A stretch of DNA of 64,000 nucleotides. Origin: the human T2T-CHM13v2.0 reference genome, Homo sapiens. Below the pieces are notes generated by a model, which searched no databases, had not been told where the DNA came from, and was given only the letters and a program-made list of their open reading frames with translations. The stretch lies in the NCBI RefSeq assembly GCF_009914755.1, contig NC_060935.1. One strand, 5' to 3'. The translations under genes and the position numbers were made by a program. Below are positions 1 through 14,700 of the stretch, one piece after another (position 1 is the first letter of the stretch; each line of letters opens with the position of its first letter).

Positions 1-81
1 TTGAACTTTCCTCTTGACAGAGCAGCTCTGAAACCCTCTTTTTCTAGAATCTGCAAGTGGACATTTGGAGGGCTTTAAGGC

Positions 82-98
82 CTGTGGTGGAAAAGGAA
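82..98 (-). promoter_or_regulatory. A-box / pJalpha-like motif in the A-type W4 monomer (representative)
   Basis: The reverse complement TTCCTTTTCCACCACAG occupies the position equivalent to the CENP-B box and resembles the pJalpha consensus. Confidence 0.75.
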
Positions 99-422
99 AA
101 TCTTCACATAAAAACTAGATGGAAGCATTCTCAGAAACTACTTTGTGATGATTGCATTCGACTCACAGAGTTGAACATTCCTATAGATAGAGCAGGTTGA
201 AAACAATCTTTTTGTAGAATCTGCGATTGGAGATTTGGACTGCTTTGAGGCCTACTGTAGTAAAGGAAATAACTTCATCTAAAAACCAAACGGAAGCATT
301 CACAGACAATTCTTAGTGATCATTGGATTGAACTAACAGAGCTGAACATTCCTTTAGATGGAGCAGTTTCGAAACACACTTTCTGTAGAATCTGCAAGTG
401 GATATTTGGACCTCTCTGAGGA

Positions 423-439
423 TTTCGTTGGAAACGGGA
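423..439 (+). promoter_or_regulatory. CENP-B box in the pentamer W1 monomer (representative; recurs every HOR)
   Basis: TTTCGTTGGAAACGGGA matches the core NTTCGNNNNANNCGGGN. Confidence 0.95.
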
Positions 440-589
440 TAAACTTCCCAGAACTACACGGAAGAATTGTGAGAAATTTCTTTGTGATGTTTGCATTCAA
501 CTCACAGTGTTGAACCTTGCTTTCATAGTTCAGCTTTCAAACACTCTTTTTGTAGAATCTGCAAGTGGATATTTGGACCACTTTGTGGC

Positions 590-606
590 CTTCCTTCGAA
601 ACGGGT
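590..606 (+). promoter_or_regulatory. Degenerate CENP-B box in the pentamer W2 monomer (representative)
   Basis: CTTCCTTCGAAACGGGT has TTCG changed to TTCC; fixed in the pentamer copies and in 12-mer monomer 10. Confidence 0.85.
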
Positions 607-760
607 ATATCTTCACATCAAACCTAGACAGAAGCGTTCTCAGAATGTTTCCTGTGATGACTGCATTGAACTCACAGAGGTGAACAATCCTGCTGATGGA
701 GCAGTTTTGAAACTCTCTTTCTTTGGATTCTGCAAGTGGATATGTGGACCTCTATGAAGA

Positions 761-777
761 TTTCGTTGGAAACGGGT
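761..777 (+). promoter_or_regulatory. CENP-B box in the pentamer W3 monomer (representative; recurs every HOR)
   Basis: TTTCGTTGGAAACGGGT matches all 9 core positions. Confidence 0.93.
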
Positions 778-3700
778 TCATCTTCACAGAAAAACTAAAC
801 AGGAGCATTCTCAGAAACTGCTTTGTGATGTTTGTGTTCCACTTCAAGAATTGAACTTTCCTCTTGACAGAGCAGCTCTGAAACCCTCTTTTTCTAGAAT
901 CTGCAAGTGGACATTTGGAGGGCTTTGAGGCCTGTGGTGGAAAAGGAAAATCTTCACATAAAAACTAGATGGAAGCATTCTCAGAAACTACTTTGTGATG
1001 ATTGCATTCGACTCACAGAGTTGAACATTCCTATAGATAGAGCAGGTTGTAAACAATCTTTTTGTAGAATCTGCGATTGGAGATTTGGACTGCTTTGAGG
1101 CCTACTGTAGTAAAGGAAATAACTTCATCTAAAAACCAAACGGAAGCATTCATAGACAATTCTTAGTGATCATTGGATTGAACTAACAGAGCTGAACATT
1201 CCTTTAGATGGCGCAGATTCCAAACACACTTTCTGTAGAATCTGCAAGTGGATATTTGGACCTCTCTGAGGATTTCGTTGGAAACGGGATAAACTTCCCA
1301 GAACTACACGGAAGCATTCTAAGAAACTTCTTTGTGATGTTTGCATTCAACTCACAGAGTTGAACCTTGCTTTCATAGTTCAGCTTTCAAACACTCTTTT
1401 TGTAGAATCTGCAAGTGGATATTTGAACCACTTTGAGGCCTTCCTTCGAAACGGGTATATCTTCACATCAAACCTAGACAGAAGCATTCTCAGAATGTTT
1501 CCTGTGATGACTGCATTCAACTCACAGAGGTGAACAATCCTGCTGATGGAGCAGTTTTGAAACTCTCTTTCTTTGGATTCTGCAGGTGGATATGTGGACC
1601 TCTGTGAAGATTTCATTGGAAACGGGTTCATCTTCACAGAAAAACTAAACAGGAGCATTCTCAGAAACTGCTTTGTGATGTTTGTGTTCCACTTCAGGAA
1701 TTGAACTTTCCTCTTGACAGAGCAGCTCTGAAACCCTCTTTTTCTAGAATCTGCAAGTGGACATTTGGAGGGCTTTGAGGCCTGTGGTGGAAAAGGAAAA
1801 TCTTCACATAAAAACTAGATGGAAGCATTCTCAGAAACTACTTTGTGATGATTGCATTCGACTCACAGAGTTGAACATTCCTATAGATAGAGCAGGTTGA
1901 AAACAATCTTTTTGTAGAATCTGCGATTGGAGATTTGGACTGCTTTGAGGCCTACTGTAGTAAAGGAAATAACTTCATCTAAAAACCAAACGGAAGCATT
2001 CACAGACAATTCTTAGTGATCATTGGATTGAACTAACAGAGGTGAACCTTCCTTTAGATGGAGCAGATTCCAAACACACTTTGTGTAGAATCTGCAACTG
2101 GATATTTGGACCTCTCTGAGGATTTCGTTGGAAACGGGATAAACTTCCCAGAACTACACGGAAGCATTCTGAGAAACTTCTTTGTGATGTTTGCATTCAA
2201 CTCACAGAGTTGAACCTTGCTTTCATAGTTCAGCTTTCAAACACTCTTTTTGTAGAATCTGCAAGAGGATATTTGGACCACTTTGTGGCCTTCCTTCGAA
2301 ACGGGTATATCTTCACATCAAACCTAGACAGAAGCATTCTCAGAATGTTTCCTGTGATGACTGCATTCAACTCACAGAGGTGAACAATCCTGCTGATGGA
2401 GCAGTTTTGAAACTCTCTTTCTTTGGATTCTGCAAGTGGATATGTGGACCTCTGTGAAGATTTCATTGGAAACGGGTTCATCTTCACAGAAAAACTAAAC
2501 AGGAGCATTCTCAGAAACTGCTTTGTGATGTTTGTGTTCCACTTCAAGAATTGAACTTTCCTCTTGACAGAGCAGCTCTGAAACCCTCTTTTTCTAGAAT
2601 ATGCAAGTGGACATTTGGAGGGCTTTGAGGCCTGTGGTGGAAAAGGAAAATCTTCACATAAAAACTAGATGGAAGCATTCTCAGAAACTACTTTGTGATG
2701 ATTGCATTCGACTCACAGAGTTGAACATTCCTATAGATAGAGCAGGTTGTAAACAATCTTTTTGTAGAATCTGCGATTGGAGATTTGGACTGCTTTGAGG
2801 CCTACTGTAGTAAAGGAAATAACTTCATCTAAAAACCAAACGGAAGTATTCACAGAAAATTCTTAGTGATCATTGGATTGAACTAACAGAGCTGAACATT
2901 CCTTTAGATGGCACAGTTTCCAAACACACTTTCTGTAGAATCTGCAAGTGGATATTTGGACCTCTCTGAGGATTTCCTTGGAAACGGGCTAAACTTCCCA
3001 GAACTACACGGAAGCATTCTGAGAAACTTCTTTGTGATGTTTGCATTCAACTCACAGAGTTGAACCTTGCTTTCATAGTTCAGCTTTCAAACACTCTTTT
3101 TGTAGAATCTGCAAGTGGATATTTGGACCACTTTGAGGCCTTCCTTCGAAACGGGTATATCTTCATATCAAACCTAGACAGAAGCATTCTCAGAATGTTT
3201 CCTGTGATGACTGCATTCAACTCACAGAGGTGAACAATCCTGCTGATGGAGCAGTTTTGAAACTCTCTTTCTTTGGATTCTGCAGGTGGATATGTGGACC
3301 TCTGTGAAGATTTCGTTGGAAACGGGTTCATCTTCACAGAAAAACTAAACAGGAGCATTCTCAGAAACTGCTTTGTGATGTTTGTGTTCCACTTCAAGAA
3401 TTGAACTTTCCTCTTGAGAGAGCAGCTCTGAAACCCTCTTTTTCTAGAATCTGCAAGTGGACATTTGGAGGGCTTTGAGGCCTGTGGTGGAAAAGGAAAA
3501 TCTTCACATAAAAACTAGATGGAAGCATTCTCAGAAACTACTTTGTGATGATTGCATTCGACTCACAGAGTTGAACATTCCTATAGATAGAGCAGGTTGA
3601 AAACAATCTTTTTGTAGAATCTGCGATTGGAGATTTGGACTGCTTTGAGGCCTACTGTAGTAAAGGAAATAACTTCATCTAAAAACCAAACGGAAGCATT

Positions 3701-5225
3701 CACAGAAAATTCTTAGTGATCATTGGATTGAACTAACAGAGCTGAACATTCCTTTAGATGGAGCAGTTTCCAAACACACTTTCTGTAGAATCTGCAACTG
3801 GATATTTGGACCTCTCTGAGGATTTCTTTGGAAACGGGCTAAACTTCCCAGAACTACACGGAAGCATTCTGAGAAACTTCTTTGTGATGTTTGCATTCAA
3901 CTCACAGAGTTGAACCTTGCTTTCATAGTTCAGCTTTCAAACACTCTTTTTGTAGAATCTGCAAGTGGATATTTGGACCACTTTGTGGCCTTCCTTCGAA
4001 ACGGGTATATCTTCACATCAAACCTAGACAGAAGCATTCTCAGAATGTTTCCTGTGATGACTGCATTCAACTCACAGAGGTGAACAATCCTGCTGATGGA
4101 GCAGTTTTGAAACTCTCTTTCTTTGGATTCTGCAAGTGGATATGTGGACCTCTGTGAAGATTTCGTTGGAAACGGGTTCATCTTCACAGAAAAACTAAAC
4201 AGAAGCATTCTCAGAAACTGCTTTGTGATGTTTGTGTTCCACTTCAAGAATTGAAATTTCCTCTTGACAGAGCAGCTCTGAAACCCTCTTTTTCTAGAAT
4301 CTGCAAGTGGACATTTGGAGGGCTTTGAGGCCTGTGGTGGAAAAGGAAAATCTTCATATAAAAACAAGATGGAAGCATTCTCAGAAACAACTTTGTGATG
4401 ATTGCATTCGACTCACAGAGTTGAACATTCCTATAGATAGAGCAGGTTGTAAACAATCTTTTTGTAGAATCTGCGATTGGAGATTTGGACTGCTTTGAGG
4501 CCTACTGTAGTAAAGGAAATAACTTCATCTAAAAACCAAACGGAAGCATTCACAGACAATTCTTAGTGATCATTGGTTTGAACTAACAGAGCTGAACATT
4601 CCTTTAGATGGAGGAGTTTCCAAACACTCTTTCTGTAGAATCTGCAAGTGGATATTTGGACCTCTCTGAGGATTTCGTTGGAAACGGGATAAACTTCCCA
4701 GAACTACACGGAAGTATTCTGAGAAACTTCTTTGTGATGTTTGCATTCAACTCACAGAGTTGAACCTTGCTTTCATAGTTCAGCTTTCAAACACTCTTTT
4801 TGTAGAATCTGCAAGTGGATATTTGGACCACTTTGTGGCCTTCCTTCGAAACGGGTATATACTCACATCAAACCTAGACAGAAGCATTCTCAGAATGTTT
4901 CCTATGATGACTGCATTCAACTCACAGAGGTGAACAATCCTGCTGATGGAGCAGTTTTGAAACTCTCTTTCTTTGGATTCTGCAAGTGGATATGTGGACC
5001 TCTGTGAAGATTTCGTTGGAAACGGGTTCATCTTCACAGAAAAACTAAACAGCAGCATTCTCAGAAACTGCTTTGTGATGTTTGTGTTCCACTTCAAGAA
5101 TTGAACTTTCCTCTTGACAGAGCAGCTCTGAAACCCTCTTTTTCTAGAATCTGCAAGTGGACATTTGGAGGGCTTTGAGGCCTGTGGTGGAAAAGGAAAA
5201 TCTTCACATAAAAACTAGATGGAAG

Positions 5226-5904
5226 CATTCTCAGAAACTACTTTGTGATGATTGCATTCTGCTCACAGAGTTGAACATTCCTATAGATAGAGCAGGTTGT
5301 AAACAATCTTTTTGTAGAATCTGCGATTGGAGATTTGGAATGCTTTGAGGCCTACTGTAGTAAAGGAAATAACTTCATCTAAAAACCAAACGGAAGCATT
5401 CACAGAAAATTCTTAGTGATCATTGGATTGAACTAACAGAGCTGAACATTCCTTTAGATGGCACAGTTTCCAAACACACTTTCTGTAGAATCTGCAAGTG
5501 GATATTTGGACCTCTCTGAGGATTTCGTTGGAAAAGGGCTAAACTTCCCAGAACTACACGGAAGCATTCTGAGAAACTTCTTTGTGATGTTTGCATTCAA
5601 CTCACAGAGTTGAACCTTGCTTTCAAAGTTCAGCTTTCAAACACTCTTTTTGTAGAATCTGCAAGTGGATATTTGGACCAATTTGGGGCCTTCCTTCGAA
5701 ACGTTTTCATCTTCACAGAAAAACTAAACAGGAGCATTCTCAGAAACTGCTTTGTGATGTTTGTGTTCCACTTCAAGAATTGAACTTTCCTCTTGACAGA
5801 GCAGCTCTGAAACCCTCTTTTTCTAGAATCTGCAAGTGGACATTTGGAGGGCTTTGAGGCCTGTGGTGGAAAAGGAAAATCTTCACATAAAAACTAGATG
5901 GAAG
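5226..5904 (+). repeat. 4-mer HOR structural variant (679 bp) with W2/W3 hybrid monomer at 5565-5734
   Basis: W2 sequence (..GGCCTTCCTTCGAAACG) runs directly into the W3 tail (TTCATCTTCACAGAAAAACTAAACAGGAG); the period drops from 850 to 679. Confidence 0.95.
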
Positions 5905-8900
5905 CATTCTCAGAAACTACTTTGTGATGATTGCATTCGACTCACAGAGTTGAACATTCCTATAGATAGAGCAGGTTGTAAACAATCTTTTTCTAGAATC
6001 TGCGATTGGAGATTTGGACTGCTTTGAGGCCTACTGTAGTAAAGGAAATAACTTCATCTAAAAACCAAACGGAAGCATTCACAGACAATTCTTAGTGATC
6101 ATTGGATTGAACTAACAGAGCTGAACATTCCTTTAGATGGAGCAGTTTCCAAACACACTTTCTGTAGAATCTGCAAGTGGATATTTGGACTTCTCTGAGG
6201 ATTTCGTTGGAAACGGGATAAACTTCCCAGAACTACACGGAAGCATTCTGAGAAACTTCTTTGTGATGTTTGCATTCAACTCACAGAGTTGAACCTTGCT
6301 TTCATAGTTCAGCTTTCAAACACTCTTTTTGTAGAATCTGCAAGTGGATATTTGGACCACTTTGTGGCCTTCCTTCGAAACGGGTATATCTTCACATCAA
6401 ACCTAGACAGAAGCATTCTCAGAATGTTTCCTGTGATGACTGCATTCAACTCACAGAGGTGAACAATCCTGCTGATGGAGCAGTTTTGAAACTCTCTTTC
6501 TTTGGATTCTGCAAGTGGATATGTGGACCTCTGTGAAGATTTCGTTGGAAACGGGTTCATCTTCACAGAAAAACTAAACAGGAGCATTCTCAGAAACTGC
6601 TTTGTGATGTTTGTGTTCCACTTCAAGAATTGAACTTTCCTCTTGACAGAGCAGCTCTGAAACCCTCTTTTTCTAGAATCTGCAAGTGGACATTTGGAGG
6701 GCTTTGAGGCCTGTGGTGGAAAAGGAAAATCTTCACATAAAAACTAGATGGAAGCATTCTCAGAAACTACTTTGTGATGATTGCATTCGACTCACAGAGT
6801 TGAACATTCCTATAGATAGAGCAGGTTGTAAACAATCTTTTTGTAGAATCTGCGATTGGAGATTTGGACTGCTTTGAGGCCTACTGTAGTAAAGGAAATA
6901 ACTTCATCTAAAAACCAAACGGAAGCATTCACAGACAATTCTTAGTGATCATTGGATTGAACTAACAGAGCTGAACATTCCTTTAGATGGAGCAGTTTCC
7001 AAACACACTTTCTGTAGAATCTGCAAGTGGATATTTGGACCTCTCTGAGGATTTCGTTGGAAACGGGATAAACTTCCCAGAACTACACGGAAGCATTCTG
7101 AGAAACTTCTTTGTGATGTTTGCATTCAACTCACAGGGATGAACCTTGCTTTCATAGTTCAGCTTTCAAATACTCTTTTTGTAGAATCTGCAAGTGGATA
7201 TTTGGACCACTTTGTGGCCTTCCTTCGAAACGGGTATATCTTCACATCAAACCTAGACAGAAGCATTCTCAGAATGTTTCCTGTGATGACTGCATTCAAC
7301 TCACAGAGGTGAACAATCCTGCTGATGGAGCAGTTTTGAAACTCTCTTTCTTTGGATTCTGCAAGTGGATATGTGGACCTCTGTGAAGATTTCGTTGGAA
7401 ACGGGTTCATCTTCACAGAAAAACTAAACAGGAGCATTCTCAGAAACTGCTTTGTGATGTTTGTGTTCCACTTCAAGAATTGAACTTTCCTCTTGACAGA
7501 GCAGCTCTGAAACCCTCTTTTTCTAGAATCTGCAGGTGGACATTTGGAGGGCTTTGAGGCCTGTGGTGGAAAAGGAAAATCTTCACATAAAAACTAGATG
7601 GAAGCATTCTCAGAAACTACTTTGTGATGATTGCATTCGACTCACAGAGTTGAACATTCCTATAGATAGAGCAGGTTGAAAACAATCTTTTTGTAGAATC
7701 TGCGATTGGAGATTTGGACTGCTTTGAGGCCTACTGTAGTAAAGGAAATAACTTCATCTAAAAACCAATCGGAAGCATTCACAGACAATTCTTAGTGATC
7801 ATTGGATTGAACTAACAGAGCTGAACATTCCTTTAGATGGAGCAGTTTTCAAACACACTTTCTGTAGAATCTGCAACTGGATATTTGGACTTCTCTGAGG
7901 ATTTCGTTGGAAACGGGATAAACTTCCCAGAACTACACGGAAGCATTCTGAGAAACTTCTTTGTGATGGTTGCATTCAACTCACAGGGTTGAACCTTGCT
8001 TTCATAGTTCAGCTTTCAAACACTCTTTTTGTAGAATCTGCAAGTTGATATTTGGACCACTTTGTGGCCTTCCTTCGAAACGGGTATATCTTCACATCAA
8101 ACCTAGACAGAAGCATTCTCAGAATGTTTCCTGTGATGACTGCATTCAACTCACAGAGGTGAACAATCCTGCTGATGGAGCAGTTTTGAAACTCTCTTTC
8201 TTTGGATTCTGCAAGTGGATATGTGGACCTCTGTGAAGATTTCGTTGGAAACGGGTTCATCTTCACAGAAAAACTAAACAGGAGCATTCTCAGAAACTGC
8301 TTTGTGATGTTTGTGTTCCACTTCAAGAATTGAACTTTCCTCTTGACAGAGCAGCTCTGAAACCCTCTTTTTCTAGAATCTGCAAGTGGACATTTGGAGG
8401 GCTTTGAGGCCTGTGGTGGAAAAGGAAAATCTTCACATAAAAACTAGATGGAAGCATTCTCAGAAACTACTTTGTGATGATTGCATTCGACTCACAGAGT
8501 TGAACATTCCTATAGATAGAGCAGGTTGTAAACAATCTTTTTGTAGAATCTGCGATTGGAGATTTGGACTGCTTTGAGGCCTACTGTAGTAAAGGAAATA
8601 ACTTCATCTAAAAACCAAACGGAAGCATTCACAGACAATTCTTAGTGATCATTGAATTGAACTAACAGAGCTGAACATTCCTTTAGATGGAGCAGTTTCC
8701 AAACACACTTTCTGTAGAATCTGCAAGTGGATATTTGGACCTCTCTGAGGATTTCGTTGGAAACGGGATAAACTTCCCAGAACTACACGGAAGCATTCTG
8801 AGAAACTTCTTTGTGATGTTTGCATTCAACTCACAGAGTTGAACCTTGCTTTCATAGTTCAGCTTTCAAACACTCTTTTTGTAGAATCTGCAAGAGGATA

Positions 8901-11779
8901 TTTCGAACATTTTGTGGCCTTCCTTCGAAACGGGTATATCTTCACATCAAACCTAGACAGAATCATTCTCTGAATGTTTCCTGTGATGACTGCATTCAAC
9001 ACACAGAGGTGAACAATCCTGCTGATGGAGCAGTTTTGAAACTCTCTTTCTTTGGATTCTGCAAGTGGATATGTGGACCTCTGTGAACATTTCGTTGGAA
9101 ACGGGTTCATCTTCACAGAAAAACTAAACAGGAGCATTCTCAGAAACTGTTTTGTGATGTTTGTGTTCCACTTCAAGAACTGAACTTTCCTCTTGACAGA
9201 GCAGCTCTGAAACCCTCTTTTTCTAGAATCTGCAAGTGGACATTTGGTGGGCTTTGAGGCCTGTGGTGGAAAAGGAAAATCTTCACATAAAAACTAGATG
9301 GAAGCATTCTCAGAAACTACTTTGTGATGATTGCATTCGACTCACAGAGTTGAACATTCCTATAGATACAGCAGGTTGTAAACAATCTTTTTGTAGAATC
9401 TGCGATTGGAGATTTGGACTGCTTTGAGGCCTACTGTAGTAAAGGAAATAACTTCATCTAAAAACCAAACGGAAGCATTCACAGACAATTCTTAGTGATC
9501 ATTGGATTGAACTAACAGAGCTGAACATTCCTTTAGATGGAGCAGTTTCCAAACACACTTTCTGTAGAATCTGCAAGTGGATATTTGGACCTCTCTGAGG
9601 ATTTCGTTGGAAACGGGATAAACTTCCCAGAACTACACGGAAGCATTCTGAGAAACTTCTTTGTGATGTTTGCATTCAACTCACAGGGTTGAACCTTGCT
9701 TTCATAGTTCAGCTTTCAAACACTCTTTTTGTAGAATCTGCAAGTGGATATTTGGACCACTTTGTGGCCTTCCTTCGAAACGGGTATATCTTCACATCAA
9801 ACCTAGACAGAAGCATTCTCAGAATGTTTCCTGTGATGACTGCATTCAACTCACAGAGGTGAACAATCCTGCTGATGGAGCAGTTTTGAAACTCTCTTTC
9901 TTTGGATTCTGCAAGTGGATATGTGGACCTCTGTGAAGATTTCGTTGGAAACGGGTTCATCTTCACAGAAAAACTAAACAGGAGCATTCTCAGAAACTGC
10001 TTTGTGATGTTTGTGTTCCACTTCAAGAATTGAACTTTCCTCTTGACAGAGCAGCTCTGAAACCCTCTTTTTCTAGAATCTCCAAGTGGACATTTGGAGG
10101 GCTTTGAGGCCTGTGGTGGAAAAGGAAAATCTTCACATAAAAACTAGATGGAAGCATTCTCAGAAACTACTTTGTGATGATTGCATTCGACTCACAGAGT
10201 TGAACATTCCTATAGATAGAGCAGGTTGAAAACAATCTTTTTGTAGAATCTGCGATTGGAGATTTGGACTGCTTTGAGGCCTACTGTAGTAAAGGAAATA
10301 ACTTCATCTAAAAAGCAAACGGAAGCATTCACAGACAATACTTAGTGATCATTGGATTGAACTAACAGAGCTGAACATTCCTTTAGATGGAGCAGTTTTC
10401 AAACACACTTTCTGTAGAATCTGCAACTGGATATTTGGACCTCTCTGAGGATTTCGTTGGAAAAGGGATAAACTTCCCAGAACTACACGGAAGCATTCTG
10501 AGAAACTTCTTTGTGATGTTTGCATTCAACTCACAGAGTTGAACCTTGCTTTCATAGTTCAGCTTTCAAACACTCTTTTTGCAGAATCTGCAAGTGGATA
10601 TTTGAACCACTTTGAGGCCTTCCTTCGAAACGGGTATATCTTCACATCAAACCTAGACAGAAGCATTCTCAGAATGTTTCCTGTGATGACTGCATTCAAC
10701 TCACAGAGGTGAACAATCCTGCTGATGGAGCAGTTTTGAAACTCTCTTTCTTTGGATTCTGCAGGTGGATATGTGGACCTCTGTGAAGATTTCGTTGGAA
10801 ACGGGTTCATCTTCACAGAAAAACTAAACAGGAGCATTCTCAGAAACTGCTTTGTGATGTTTGTGTTCCACTTCAGGAATTGAACTTTCCTCTTGACAGA
10901 GCAGCTCTGAAACCCTCTTTTTCTAGAATCTGCAAGTGGACATTTGGAGGGCTTTGAGGCCTGTGGTGGAAAAGGAAAATCTTCACATAAAAACTAGATG
11001 GAAGCATTCTCAGAAACTACTTTGTGATGATTGCATTCGACTCACAGAGTTGAACATTCCTATAGATAGAGCAGGTTGAAAACAATCTTTTAGTAGAATC
11101 TGCGATTGGAGATTTGGACTGCTTTGAGGCCTACTGTAGTAAAGGAAATAACTTCATCTAAAAACCAAACGGAAGCATTCACAGACAATTCTTAGTGATC
11201 ATTGGATTGAACTAACAGAGCTGAACATTCCTTTAGATGGAGCAGATTCCAAACACACTTTCTGTAGAATCTGCAACTGGATATTTGGACCTCTCTGAGG
11301 ATTTCGTTGGAAACGGGATAAACTTCCCAGAACTACACGGAAGCATTCTGAGAAACTTCTTTGTGATGTTTGCATTCAACTCACAGAGTTGAACCTTGCT
11401 TTCATAGTTCAGCTTTCAAACACTCCTTTTGTAGAATCTGCAAGAGGATATTTGGACCACTTTGTGGCCTTCCTTCGAAACGGGTATATCTTCACATCAA
11501 ACCTAGACAGAAGCATTCTCAGAATGTTTCCTGTGATGACTGCATTCAACTCACAGAGGTGAACAATCCTGCTGATGGAGCAGTTTTGAAACTCTCTTTC
11601 TTTGGATTCTGCAAGTGGATATGTGGACCTCTGTGAAGATTTCTTTGGAAACGGGTTCATCTTCACAGAAAAACTAAACAGGAGCATTCTCCGAAACTGC
11701 TTTGTGATGTTTGTGTTCCACTTCAAGAATTGAACTTTCCTCTTGACAGAGCAGCTCTGAAACCCTCTTTTTCTAGAAT

Positions 11780-14700
11780 CTGCAAGTGGACATTTGGAGG
11801 GCTTTGAGGCCTGTGGTGGAAAAGGAAAATCTTCACATAAAAACTAGATGGAAGCATTCTCAGAAACTACTTTGTGATGATTGCATTCGACTCACAGAGT
11901 TGAACATTCCTATAGATAGAGCAGTTTGTAAACAATCTTTTTGTAGAATCTGCGATTGGAGATTTGGACTGCTTTGAGGCCTACTGTAGTAAAGGAAATA
12001 ACTTCATCTAAAAACCAAACGGAAGCATTCACAGAAAATTCTTAGTGATCATTCGATTGAACTAACAGAGCTGAACATTCCTTTAGATGGCACAGTTTCC
12101 AAACACACTTTCTGTAGAATCTGCAAGTGGATATTTGGACCTCTCTGAGGATTTCGTTGGAAACGGGCTAAACTTCCCAGAACTACACGGAAGCATTCTG
12201 AGAAACTTCTTTGTGATGTTTGCATTCAACTCACAGTGTTGAACCTTGCTTTCATAGTTCAGCTTTCAAACACTCTTTTTGTAGAATCTGCAAGTGGATA
12301 TTTGGACCCCTTTGTGGCCTTCCTTCGAAACGGGTATATCTTCACATCAAACCTAGACAGAAGCATTCTCAGAATGTTTCCTGTGATGACTGCATTCAAC
12401 TCACAGAGGTGAACAATCCTGCTGATGGAGCAGTTTTGAAACTCTCTTTCTTTGGATTCTGCAAGTGGATATGTGGACCTCTGTGAAGATTTCATTGGAA
12501 ACGGGTTCATCTTCACAGAAAAACTAAACAGGAGCATTCTCAGAAACTGCTTTGTGATGTTTGTGTTCCACTTCAAGAATTGAACTTTCCTCTTGACAGA
12601 GCAGCTCTGAAAGCCTCTTTTTCTAGAATCTGCAAGTGGACATTTGGAGGGCTTTGAGGCCTGTGGTGGAAAAGGAAAATCTTCACATAAAAACTAGATG
12701 GAAGCATTCTCAGAAACTACTTTGTGATGATTGCATTCGACTCACAGAGTTGAACATTCCTATAGATAGAGCAGGTTGTAAACAATCTTTTTGTAGAATC
12801 TGCGATTGGAAATTTGGACTGCTTTGAGGCCTACTGTAGTAAAGGAAATAACTTCATCTAAAAACCAAACGGAAGCATTCACAGACAATTCTTAGTGATC
12901 ATTGGATTGAACTAACACAGCTGAACATTCCTTTAGATGGAGCAGATTCCAAACACACTTTCTGTAGAATCTGCAAGTGGATATTTGGACCTCTCTGAGG
13001 ATTTCGTTGGAAACGGGATAAACTTCCCAGAACTACACGGAAGCATTCTGAGAAACTTCTTTGTGATGTTTGCATTCAACTCACAGAGTTGAACCTTGCT
13101 TTCATAGTTCAGCTTTCAAACACTCTTTTTGTAGAATCTGCAAGTGGATATTTGGACCACTTTGAGGCCTTCCTTCGAAACGGGTATATCTTCACATCAA
13201 ACCTAGACAGAAGCATTCACAGAATGTTTCCTGTGATGACTGCATTCAACTCACAGAGGTGAACAATCCTGCTGATGGAGCAGTTTTGAAACTCTCTTTC
13301 TTTGGATTCTGCAGGTGGATATGTGGACCTCTGTGAAGATTTCGTTGGAAACGGGTTCATCTTCACAGAAAAACTAAACAGGAGCATTCTCAGAAACTGC
13401 TTTGTGATGTTTGTGTTCCACTTCAAGAATTGAACTTTCCTCTTGAGAGAGCAGCTCTGAAACCCTCTTTTTCTAGAATCTGCAAGTGGACATTTGGAGG
13501 GCTTTGAGGCCTGTGGTGGAAAAGGAAAATCTTCACATAAAAACTAGATGGAAGCATTCTCATAAACTACTTTGTGATGATTGCATTCGACTCACAGAGT
13601 TGAACATTCCTATAGATAGAGCAGGTTGTAAACAATCTTTTTGTAGAATCTGCGATTGGAGATTTGGACTGCTTTGAGGCCTACTGTAGTAAAGGAAATA
13701 ACTTCATCTAAAAACCAAACGGAAGCATTCACAGAAAATTCTTAGTGATCATTGGATTGAACTAACAGAGCTGAACATTCCTTTAGATGGCACAGTTTCC
13801 AAACACACTTTCTGTAGAATCTGCAAGTGGATATTTGGACCTCTCTGAGGATTTCGTTGGAAACGGGCTAAACTTCCCAGAACTACACGGAAGCATTCTG
13901 AGAAACTTCTTTGTGATGTTTGCATTCAACTCACAGAGTTGAACCTTGCTTTCATAGTTCAGCTTTCAAACACTCTTTTTGTAGAATCTGCAAGTGGATA
14001 TTTGGACCACTTTGAGGCCTTCCTTCGAAACGGGTATATCTTCACATCAAACCTAGACAGAAGCATTCTCAGAATGTTTCCTGTGATGACTGCATTCAAC
14101 TCACAGAGGTGAACAATCCTGCTGATGGAGCAGTTTTGAAACTCTCTTTCTTTGGATTCTGCAAGTGGATATGTGGACCTCTGTGAAGATTTCGTTGGAA
14201 ACGGGTTCATCTTCACAGAAAAACTAAACAGGAGCATTCTCAGAAACTGCTTTGTGATGTTTGTGTTCCACTTCAAGAATTGAACTTTCCTCTTGACAGA
14301 GCAGCTCTGAAACCCTCTTTTTCTAGAATCTGCAAGTGGACATTTGGAGGGATTTGAGGCCTGCGGTGGAAAAGGAAAATCTTCACATAAAAACTAGATG
14401 GAAGCATTCTCAGAAACTACTTTTTGATGATTGCATTCGACTCACAGAGTTGAACATTCCTATAGATAGAGCAGGTTGTAAACAATCTTTTTGTAGAATC
14501 TGCGATTGGAGATTTGGACTGCTTTGAGGCCTACTGTAGTAAAGGAAATAACTTCATCTAAAAACCAAACGGAAGCATTCACAGAAAATTCTTAGTGATC
14601 ATTGGATTGAACTAACAGAGCTGAACATTCCTTTAGATGGCACAGTTTCCAAACACACTTTCTGTAGAATCTGCAAGTGGATATTTGGACCTCTCTGAGG

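Noticed and set aside
595-605. TTCGAAACGGG in W2 as a shifted CENP-B box
   Set aside because: TTCG and CGGG are only 3 bp apart rather than the required 7.
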